Virus record (IMG/VR): IMGVR_UViG_3300042887_004553
Location: 36-64,035 of that record
Direction: 5' to 3' (one strand)
Source of the DNA: a virus
Taxonomy: Duplodnaviria; Caudoviricetes
DNA length: 64,000 nucleotides
The first letter of the stretch is position 1, and every line of letters starts with the position of its first letter. The notes under the pieces are model-generated. The model worked only from the letters and a program-made list of their open reading frames with translations, searched no databases and had not been told where the DNA came from. A program made the position numbers and the translations under genes. Positions 50,711-58,295 of the stretch are shown one piece after another.

Positions 50711-52207
50711 TTAGAAGTATACCGAGTTATTGCCTGGTGTAAAACCTTCACCGAGACCAGCTAACAGAATTACGTGGTAATAAAGATTGGCTCCGAATAT
50801 ATTGTCAACAACGCCATAGCGGGTCATAAGACCAACTCTTGGGCTGAAGTCATTCGTGCCGATTGTCCTTTGGATCATCACGGGGATGTAAGGGCAATAA
50901 ATAATACCAGTATCGTAGAATTCAGGTCCTTTGTAACCAAGTAAAGCATATTCCACACGATTCGTGCGGGCTTGACCTGGAGACAAGTAGGTTGAACTAC
51001 GTCCTTGCTCAAATTGAGCTTCTGTGCGAGTATCACGGTAAACGTTGAACCTTCCACCTAGATTACCAACTTTTGCAACACCGACAGGCTGTGTATTAAC
51101 ATTACCTTGAACTGGTACCCATTGGAATTCGGGTAACATTTCGAGGATTGCGGCAACGCGAGGGGTACAAACGATGAAGTTTGCAGCACCACGGCGATTG
51201 CGAATAGCAATACGGTTAGCTTCGATGATTAAACGTTGATAGAAATCACGGTTGCGCTCGACGAGCCAGCGGCCATCGGCGGATGCAGGACTCCATACGG
51301 AGTATCCAACACCAAAACCAGCGTTGAGGGACGTTTGAATCATACGCATGATCATCTCACGATCGATCTCAGCTTGCAATTCATAAGACATTGCATTTGT
51401 GAGTTCGGTATCGATATCGATGCCATTCATATTCTTCAAATCCTGCTCTAGTTCAACTGACCAACGTGCAGCAAGGCGGCGTGTGCCAGCCTCAACAGCG
51501 GTCTTCTCGAAAGAAACTTCGATTTGAGGGATTTTACCTGTCAATTCGAAATTTGCTAAGAGTTGAGCAACACCTTGATCTTGTCCAATCATTGGGAAAA
51601 GATCGGCGTATGCGCCGCTTGCACCAGACAACTTAGCACTGGATGTACCAGTGTAACGTGTGTCTAGGTATTGGTAGCCGAGTTCCTTACCACCAGCAGC
51701 GGCTTGAGGATTGGGGAGGGCGGCATTGGCATTTGTGCCAGTTCCGTCAACACCATCATTACCGAGTTGGTTTGCGAGGTACTTGTAACGTAGAGCGAAG
51801 GCTAAACCAACGGGACCGCCCATAGGTTGTACGCCAACGATTTCATTAGTAATCAATTCAGGGAAAGTACGGCGAATCATCGGGATGAGGATTTTGGGTA
51901 AGCGAGCATCACCATTGGCATAAACATCTCCACCAGGATAACTGTTGGGGAAATTTGCACCAGCACCACCATAACCACCAGCGTTAACGCTTCCGAAAAC
52001 GGAAGAGCCGCCACCAGCTTGGTTGGATTCCTCAATGCACCAGCGTTCTTGGTTTTCAAGAAGCATAGCGGTATTGAGGCGTGTATGATCGTCTTCGATA
52101 GCGGCAACCTTATCTGAAGTATAATTCAGAACGGGCTTCCACTTCTCCAAAAGGGCTTCAGCGCGAGTTGTATCAATATAGGCTTGTGTAGGTCTAATTT
52201 GTTTCAT
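50711..52207 (-). CDS. g23: Major capsid protein (T4 gp23-like; start moved to MKQIR)
   Basis: LLEKWKPVL, LENQE, VGVQPMGGPVGLAFALR, RRLAARWSVELEQDL, FYCPY-like IYCPYIP, TRYG. Confidence 0.97.
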   Translation of the reverse strand: MKQIRPTQAYIDTTRAEALLEKWKPVLNYTSDKVAAIEDDHTRLNTAMLLENQERWCIEESNQAGGGSSVFGSVNAGGYGGAGANFPNSYPGGDVYANGDARLPKILIPMIRRTFPELITNEIVGVQPMGGPVGLAFALRYKYLANQLGNDGVDGTGTNANAALPNPQAAAGGKELGYQYLDTRYTGTSSAKLSGASGAYADLFPMIGQDQGVAQLLANFELTGKIPQIEVSFEKTAVEAGTRRLAARWSVELEQDLKNMNGIDIDTELTNAMSYELQAEIDREMIMRMIQTSLNAGFGVGYSVWSPASADGRWLVERNRDFYQRLIIEANRIAIRNRRGAANFIVCTPRVAAILEMLPEFQWVPVQGNVNTQPVGVAKVGNLGGRFNVYRDTRTEAQFEQGRSSTYLSPGQARTNRVEYALLGYKGPEFYDTGIIYCPYIPVMIQRTIGTNDFSPRVGLMTRYGVVDNIFGANLYYHVILLAGLGEGFTPGNNSVYF

Positions 52208-52302
52208 ATTCGTTTTTTTTTTGTTTTCCTTTTTTTGTTCGACTTTGGAATATTTTTCAATTCCAGATTCAGACATTAATAATATTAATATCTCAGCTAA
52301 AA

Positions 52303-53181
52303 TTAGTATTTAGATAACTCCTTAAGATAAGGGTTCATTTGAACATCTTCTCTATGTGAAGGTGTTGTTCTCTCCTCGACGATTATTCTAGGAGCATCTA
52401 CTTCTCTAGTGACAGAACGCTTAAGTGCGCTCTCTTTTAGTTCATGAATTCTATCGGATTCATTTCTGCTAAATAGGTTCAATGCATAATCAAAGTTCTC
52501 ATTTATGAATTGAGCACTTTTGTTTTTCATGATACGAGTAATATAGTCCTTTTTCTTATCGTTTAAACCAGCAACTTTCTTTTCCAATAAGAGATCGGAA
52601 GAGATGGCATTGTATTTTTCAACGAGATAGCAATGTTCTTTTTCAATTGCATGGAGTTTCTTGTTGGCTTCATCAATTTGTTTCTTACCATCAATGATGG
52701 CTGATTTAACTGATTTTTTAGCAACGGCTGCATCAACTCCAAGGAAGTCTTTAATTTGCTCAAGAACAATAGTTGCTCTTTTGTTTTTAACAGCCTCTTC
52801 AATTTGAGCTTTAGGCAATGCCTCATTAACATAAGCATCCAAATATGTGGAAACGTCATTAATGATGTTGGATTTGAAAGAGCCAGCTTCGTTAACCAAT
52901 GCTGTTTGATATTTTTCAACAATACCCTTTAATTTCTGACCGTGATTAATATCAATAGCTTTAACAACCTTTTTTAATTTAGTTGTGTGGTCTTTATCGA
53001 TGACTTCTAAAAGGTGAGATAATTTAGTAGCATAATCATTATCTTGTTTAACGAGAGCAGAAGCTACATGAATCTTTGCTTTTTCTTCTACAGCATTTTC
53101 AAATGCTGATTGAATTTCATTGAGTGCTTCTTCGCTTAGAAGTTCTTTAGTAACTTTTTTGAGTTGCTTTTTGATATCCAT
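52303..53181 (-). CDS. g22: Prohead core scaffold protein (T4 gp22-like)
   Basis: Helical 292 aa directly upstream of gp23; LLSEE, VSTYLDAYV, C-terminal MNPYLKEL. Confidence 0.85.
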   Translation of the reverse strand: MDIKKQLKKVTKELLSEEALNEIQSAFENAVEEKAKIHVASALVKQDNDYATKLSHLLEVIDKDHTTKLKKVVKAIDINHGQKLKGIVEKYQTALVNEAGSFKSNIINDVSTYLDAYVNEALPKAQIEEAVKNKRATIVLEQIKDFLGVDAAVAKKSVKSAIIDGKKQIDEANKKLHAIEKEHCYLVEKYNAISSDLLLEKKVAGLNDKKKDYITRIMKNKSAQFINENFDYALNLFSRNESDRIHELKESALKRSVTREVDAPRIIVEERTTPSHREDVQMNPYLKELSKY

Positions 53182-53186
53182 ATTTT

Positions 53187-53342
53187 TTAAAATTTATTAA
53201 TGCCCTCTAACACTTTTGTTTTCACTTTCTGTTCGAGAATAGCTTTTAAGTATTTATGCACTGATGAGTAATTTTTTTCAGATAAATGTCTTAAAAATTT
53301 AGAAATGTTAATTTTTTCGTTATTATTATAATTTTTATTCAT
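53187..53342 (-). CDS. 51-aa putative prohead core protein (absent from ORF track)
   Basis: MNKNYNNNEKINISKFLRHLSEKNYSSVHKYLKAILEQKVKTKVLEGINKF*; TAAATA upstream; homologous to C-terminus of the adjacent 466-aa gene. Confidence 0.75.
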   Translation of the reverse strand: MNKNYNNNEKINISKFLRHLSEKNYSSVHKYLKAILEQKVKTKVLEGINKF

Positions 53343-53362
53343 AATATAAAGGTATTTATTCC

Positions 53363-54763
53363 TTAAATTTTGTTTATGGCTCTGTATAAATTCTTTTCAA
53401 CTTTAGAGTTTACAACTTTTTTCAAATACTCATGAGCTTGTGAATAATTTTTTTCAGATAAACATTTTACGAATTTAGCAATATTTTTGTTCTCTTGAAT
53501 TTCCTCGTCGGCTTGATCTTTAAAAAATGCAGAAGCATCACCAGGGGTCTTCTTATAATTAGATGCCGTTTTCTGTACAGGTGCCGCTTGTTTTGTGGGT
53601 GCCGTTTGTTTTTTAGTTGAAACAGTTTGTTGGACAGGTGCAGCTGGTTGTGTAGTTGCTGTAGCTTGTTGTTGTACAGGTGCGGCTTGTTGTGCTGCGG
53701 GCTGTTGTTGGCCTCCACCAATGAGTGCTTTTTTTAATAAATTACCAGCACCACCAGCCAACTTAGATGCACCACCAACAATACCACCGAGAGGCTGATC
53801 ACCAATGAGTGCTTTTTTTGCAAGATTACCAGCACCACCAGCCAACTTAGATGCACCACCAATGACACCACCCATTCCTTGTTGCTGTTGTGGTTGCTGT
53901 TGTTGTGGTTCATTGGCGGGTGCTTTTGGAACTGTTCCAGCAGCATATTGTTTCTCTCCAGTTGCATTTGTTCCTTGTGTCATTTTCTCGTTTGCTCTTA
54001 GTTTATTCAAGAGATCCGTATTCTGCTGTGCTGTTCCTGTATAATTTTGAATACCATACTGTGCCGCCAATTCTCCTCTGGATGCTTTATCAAATGCTTG
54101 ATTTTTACCAGCCAAATAATCTACAATAGAACCATTATTTGAAGATGATTGTTTTTTATTTGAACCCGCTCCTGTTGTTTTGGCGGGAGCTTCTTGTGCC
54201 GCATCTGGATTTCCAATACTAATACCCCCACCAACTTCTAGTGGCGTTTTTTCGCTATTAGGAGCGGTTCCACCACCGCCTAAATCCGCTGGTATTTTAA
54301 CATCAATATTGGACGCGGAACTACCTTGGGGGTCAGTCGGCATTTGTGCGGTTACTGCCCCACCAGAATTTGGTGCTGATGGTTTTGTTGCTGGTAATGT
54401 TAAACCACCTACACTAATTCCACCACCTGAACTACCTGTCGGTGTACTAGGCATTTGTGCGGTTACTGCCCCACCAGAATTTGGTGCTGATGGTTTTGTT
54501 GCTGGTAATGTTAAACCACCTACACTAATTCCACCAGAATTACTTTGTGGACCAGGAACATCAACAGGTTTAGCAACTGTTGATGGGGCAGCACTTCCTT
54601 TGGTAATTTCATCAAGTATCGCTTGTTTTTTCGTTGGGTCTTTAATTCGATTCGCTTGATCTTTAAGTGCAAGAATTTCTTCACGTGATAACTGTTGTTC
54701 TTTAAGAAGCACTTTTTTTGAATAAGATTCGAAAATATTGTGAATGTCTGAATTTTGTCCCAT
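53363..54763 (-). CDS. Low-complexity mosaic protein: leader + repeats + DUF3597-like module + core-like C-terminal helix
   Basis: IFESYSKKVLLKE-Q; SIVDYLAGK...GIQNYTGTAQQNTDLL; C-terminal KFVKCLSEKNYSQAHEYLK. Confidence 0.8.
   Translation of the reverse strand: MGQNSDIHNIFESYSKKVLLKEQQLSREEILALKDQANRIKDPTKKQAILDEITKGSAAPSTVAKPVDVPGPQSNSGGISVGGLTLPATKPSAPNSGGAVTAQMPSTPTGSSGGGISVGGLTLPATKPSAPNSGGAVTAQMPTDPQGSSASNIDVKIPADLGGGGTAPNSEKTPLEVGGGISIGNPDAAQEAPAKTTGAGSNKKQSSSNNGSIVDYLAGKNQAFDKASRGELAAQYGIQNYTGTAQQNTDLLNKLRANEKMTQGTNATGEKQYAAGTVPKAPANEPQQQQPQQQQGMGGVIGGASKLAGGAGNLAKKALIGDQPLGGIVGGASKLAGGAGNLLKKALIGGGQQQPAAQQAAPVQQQATATTQPAAPVQQTVSTKKQTAPTKQAAPVQKTASNYKKTPGDASAFFKDQADEEIQENKNIAKFVKCLSEKNYSQAHEYLKKVVNSKVEKNLYRAINKI
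54339..54536 (-). repeat. 87-nt exact direct repeat (GGISVGGLTLPATKPSAPNSGGAVTAQMP x2)
   Basis: 54339-54425 is identical to 54450-54536. Confidence 0.9.
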
Positions 54764-54779
54764 AAATTTATTTAGTCTG

Positions 54780-55439
54780 TTACTGTTTATTTAATTTAGC
54801 CCTAATTGAAGCAATGATTTCATCATCCGATTGTTCTTGAGCCGCTGGTTGAGTTGCAACTTGTGCATTGGGTTGTGACGCTGGAATTGCCTGTGGTTGC
54901 TGCGGTTGAGTTATTCTGGTACTTCTAATATTATCATTACCTTTACCGTCTGATGTTATTTTATAATTTACACCATCAATCTCTCCTTCACTTTTTCCTT
55001 GTTTTTTTAAAGTGTCTTTCACATTATTCATGGTTTTTTCTCGATCAGCCATTCCTATGGTCTGTTCTTTCGACCACCCCTTTTCCTTCATTTTCTTCTC
55101 TTCATCAGGAGTTAATTCCCTATTCCAATCAGGTTTTTCTCCATTTATTGAATAATAATCGGCATGATTTTTCATAATATCCTGTCTCTTACGGTAATCC
55201 TTAATGCTTTCACCATCTCTTCGTTTCAGATTAGGATTAGCTTCTTCTTCTTTCGCATTTTCTTCCGAAGCTCTAATATCGGCTTCCAACCTCTTTCTCA
55301 TAATCGGATCCGTTTCCGTTTCTAATTTCTTTTTTTTATCTTCGAGTTCCTGACCTCTAACAATCATGGTCTGTTCTTTCAAAAGAACGCTGTTAAAGTA
55401 TGAACCGAAAATGTTATATGTGTCTGAATTTTGTCCCAT
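54780..55439 (-). CDS. Hypothetical protein with a leader paralogous to 53363-54763
   Basis: MGQNSDTYNIFGSYFNSVLLKEQ versus MGQNSDIHNIFESYSKKVLLKEQ. Confidence 0.8.
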   Translation of the reverse strand: MGQNSDTYNIFGSYFNSVLLKEQTMIVRGQELEDKKKKLETETDPIMRKRLEADIRASEENAKEEEANPNLKRRDGESIKDYRKRQDIMKNHADYYSINGEKPDWNRELTPDEEKKMKEKGWSKEQTIGMADREKTMNNVKDTLKKQGKSEGEIDGVNYKITSDGKGNDNIRSTRITQPQQPQAIPASQPNAQVATQPAAQEQSDDEIIASIRAKLNKQ

Positions 55440-55463
55440 AGTATGAAGTATTTATGTTTATAT

Positions 55464-55964
55464 TTAAGAAAATTTTAATAGATTATTCAAAACCTGTTTA
55501 CTTTGAGAATTAGAGGGTTGCGGTACATTGGAGGGTTGTGGTGTATTAGATGCTTGAGGTGTAGTCGCAGCACTAGAAGGATTTTGTTTATTATTAGCAA
55601 CCGCTGCTAATAATGCCACCACTTGTTTATTATATAATTCGTTTTGTTTAGAATCACCTTTTAACTGATCAAGTAGAGTTTTTTGCATAGCCGCAACATC
55701 TTGAGTGGGTTCTCCTTGATCCGCTGTGGGTTCATCTATAGCTGCGGGTTCATCTGGATTTGTGGGTTCTTTTATACCTGTCGGAAGTTGTTTAATACCC
55801 ATAGGCTGTTGTTGTTGCCCCTTAATATCTTTGGGTTGAACTACGGGTCGTTCATTTGAAACTGGAGCAACCGCTGGAGAAACTTTGGTAGATGATATAT
55901 TTCCTCCCTGTAAACTCTCTTTTAAAATTTTATTAACAAGTGAATCAAATTTGGATTCTATCAT
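55464..55964 (-). CDS. Gln/Pro-rich protein with capsid-targeting-like leader
   Basis: SKFDSLVNKILKE-S; TATAAATA 5 nt upstream. Confidence 0.75.
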   Translation of the reverse strand: MIESKFDSLVNKILKESLQGGNISSTKVSPAVAPVSNERPVVQPKDIKGQQQQPMGIKQLPTGIKEPTNPDEPAAIDEPTADQGEPTQDVAAMQKTLLDQLKGDSKQNELYNKQVVALLAAVANNKQNPSSAATTPQASNTPQPSNVPQPSNSQSKQVLNNLLKFS

Positions 55965-55969
55965 GGTAT

Positions 55970-55990
55970 TATTTATACATCAATTAAATA
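55970..55990. promoter_or_regulatory. Divergent late promoters
   Basis: TATAAATA on minus (55970-55977) and TAAATA on plus (55985-55990), each 5 nt from an ATG. Confidence 0.7.
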
Positions 55991-55995
55991 CTTAT

Positions 55996-56421
55996 ATGGA
56001 TATTTTCACAGCTTATAAAATTATTAAAGAATCTAAGGTCAATCAATTCAGTGGTGCTGGTATTGTTTTTTATGATGGAGAACGTATATTACTATTGAAA
56101 AAAGCAAACAGAAAATGGGGATTCGTTGGGGGTAAACCAATAGAAGAAGAAACGCCACTAAAAACTGCAATGAGAGAGGCTAAAGAGGAAATTGGAACAA
56201 TTCATGGTGTGAATAAAAAAGAATTGAAGATCAGTCTCAGAGGAAATACTTATTACACTTATATTTTTAAAGTTGAAAAAGCATTTGAGGATATAACATT
56301 ATCAGATGAACACATTGATTACTCTTGGGTTAAGTTAGATAATTTAGATAAAATTAAATTATCTAAAGCATTCCAAGCTTGTATGGGAGATATATTAAAA
56401 GCTTTAAGGTCTTTGCGTTGA
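55996..56421 (+). CDS. Nudix hydrolase (start moved to MDIFT)
   Basis: GGKPIEEETPLKTAMREAKEEIG Nudix box; LSDEH..YSW. Confidence 0.9.
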   Translation: MDIFTAYKIIKESKVNQFSGAGIVFYDGERILLLKKANRKWGFVGGKPIEEETPLKTAMREAKEEIGTIHGVNKKELKISLRGNTYYTYIFKVEKAFEDITLSDEHIDYSWVKLDNLDKIKLSKAFQACMGDILKALRSLR

Positions 56422-57555
56422 GATCTCACCAAATCTAGAAAATCTTCCAAGAGGGTTTTTTTCAATTCGCTTTAATGTTTCTTTATTCAAATCTTCTCCA
56501 GATTTTTTCAAATCTTCTAATGTTTTCGGAATATCTCCGCTACCCAATATAGTAGCAGTCTTGAATGGATTTTTTAAAGCCTTGCCTGCAAGTTTACCTG
56601 GTAATTTCACTGCTCCGATAACGGTTTTTCCAAATATTCCAGCTTTCGGTGCTTTTGTTATTATTTTTTCAGCTTTCACTACTTTTGGTATTAATTTTTC
56701 AGCTTTCACTGCTTTTGGTATTATTTTTTCAGCTTTAGATGCTTTAGATATTTTTGGTGGTCTTTCAGTTAATCTGGCATTTCTAGGTCTGAATGGTAAT
56801 TTACGTCGGATCCAATTTGCGATCCCCGTGGATATTTTAGTTGCTCCCAATACTCCAAATAATTTTTCCATAACTTTAGCACCAGAACCAGTTAATAATC
56901 TCAATGGTAGAGTCAAAATACCAAATATCGGTTTAAATGCAAATGTTGGAACAACGGCCAACTGTGCCGCTAGTAGGTTCAATTGATAGATGGTTTCATA
57001 TTCCGTACCTTTATGTTTTTCATAAGCCTCAGTAGCGTCTCTTAAGTAAGGCCAAGACAATACACCTGTAGGATCGAAAAATATGGCAACCACTTTATAT
57101 AAAAAGTTCTCACTTATTTCATCATTTAGTTTTTTTGTAAATTCCACACCAATAACATATGTTAATATATTATCCATTTTTTCAACAACATGATCGGCCA
57201 AACGATCTTGTGTTGGAGCCATTTTCACCAATAATTCATTACCTTTTTCTTTAGCATAATCCCATCCTTTTGATATTTTATCAGAAAATGTTGATTCATT
57301 TACTTTGATATTGGGTGAAAGTTTTTCAACTTGTCGAATGAACTTATCGACATATTCTCCACCAGAATTAAATTTTTCTTTCGCTTGTGCAAAAAAAGCA
57401 GCATTGCCTTCATCATTTTTTCTTTGAATGTCTGCAATAATAGCATCTTCCTTACTCAAAGGCTTATCATCCTCTTTTTCAATTTCTACACTCTCGTCTT
57501 GTTCAAAAATCAAACGATTTAAAATATTATTTACAGCTCTATCGAATCTCAACAT
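56404..57555 (-). CDS. Hypothetical protein with DPTG motif and hydrophobic hairpin
   Basis: FFDPTGVLSWPYLRDA; leader RLIFE-Q; KAEKIIPKA repeats. Confidence 0.75.
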   Translation of the reverse strand: MLRFDRAVNNILNRLIFEQDESVEIEKEDDKPLSKEDAIIADIQRKNDEGNAAFFAQAKEKFNSGGEYVDKFIRQVEKLSPNIKVNESTFSDKISKGWDYAKEKGNELLVKMAPTQDRLADHVVEKMDNILTYVIGVEFTKKLNDEISENFLYKVVAIFFDPTGVLSWPYLRDATEAYEKHKGTEYETIYQLNLLAAQLAVVPTFAFKPIFGILTLPLRLLTGSGAKVMEKLFGVLGATKISTGIANWIRRKLPFRPRNARLTERPPKISKASKAEKIIPKAVKAEKLIPKVVKAEKIITKAPKAGIFGKTVIGAVKLPGKLAGKALKNPFKTATILGSGDIPKTLEDLKKSGEDLNKETLKRIEKNPLGRFSRFGEISTQRP

Positions 57556-57563
57556 ATGATTAT

Positions 57564-58295
57564 TTAGAGTAGATCGTCTTGAAATTCACTAATGGCTTTT
57601 TTATAAGAGTCCTTAGTCTCATCATTTGCATTATTAGTGTATTGCCAATTCCAAGAAATATTATCCACAACATTGAATCCGTAGAATTTCAGAACTTGTT
57701 TTTGTGTATCAATTACATTTGAGCCATTCCAATTTTGCCCAGTTAAAACAATCCCCGCATCTATATCTTTAACGATATTGGATTCCCTCAATGTGGTGTG
57801 TCTATTTTCTATCCAACACAATCTTTCGATTAATTTTTGATAGATTGAATTAGTTTGACCCCAACGCACCGAGCCAAAAAACACCACACAATCGGATTCA
57901 AAAAGTGATTTAGACACTTTCCATAATTCATCGTCTTTATTGTTAATAGAACACCAACAACGATGATATCCACTTGGATTTTTATCACTATTTTTCAATA
58001 ATGAATCTTTCACACCACAAGAATTTCCATTTGCACTGCTAACATTTCCTTCACATACGTATATATTGAGCTTAGAAACATCAATAATTTCCACCTTTTT
58101 CATTCCAAGTAATTCTTGGATATGATACGCTAATTGAGTACTTTTAGGAATATCGTCAGCGGCTTTTTCCCAACGATTGGATGTTGTTAAAAATAAAACT
58201 TTATTTTTCTTTTCTAAAAAATTGATAGTATTGTCAATTTTTTGTTTTATTTGAGAGGAAGTCGATTCCATAATGTAAGAAGAAAAGGATTTCAT
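57564..58295 (-). CDS. Flavodoxin-fold NAD(P)H-dependent FMN reductase / iron-sulfur flavoprotein-like
   Basis: KVLFLTTSNR, KSTQLA, DVSKLNIYVCEG, ESDCVVFFGSVRWG...QKLIERL. Confidence 0.8.
   Translation of the reverse strand: MKSFSSYIMESTSSQIKQKIDNTINFLEKKNKVLFLTTSNRWEKAADDIPKSTQLAYHIQELLGMKKVEIIDVSKLNIYVCEGNVSSANGNSCGVKDSLLKNSDKNPSGYHRCWCSINNKDDELWKVSKSLFESDCVVFFGSVRWGQTNSIYQKLIERLCWIENRHTTLRESNIVKDIDAGIVLTGQNWNGSNVIDTQKQVLKFYGFNVVDNISWNWQYTNNANDETKDSYKKAISEFQDDLL

Noticed and set aside
50701-50717. Small palindrome with plus-strand TAAATA at the capsid stop (possible antisense promoter)
   Set aside because: Short, AT-rich and with no downstream ORF; likely chance
20648-52207. Introns or inteins in nrdA/nrdB, terminase, sheath or capsid genes
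   Set aside because: All read continuously with expected motifs; the sheath insert has no splicing motifs
50711-52207. Higher GC of the capsid gene as horizontal transfer
   Set aside because: Better explained by codon bias of a highly expressed core gene; it is syntenic with gp22
53467-54659. Several overlapping ORFs within the 466-aa gene, including a Cys-rich one
   Set aside because: Shadows of low-complexity Gln/Gly/Ala codons; no promoters or start context
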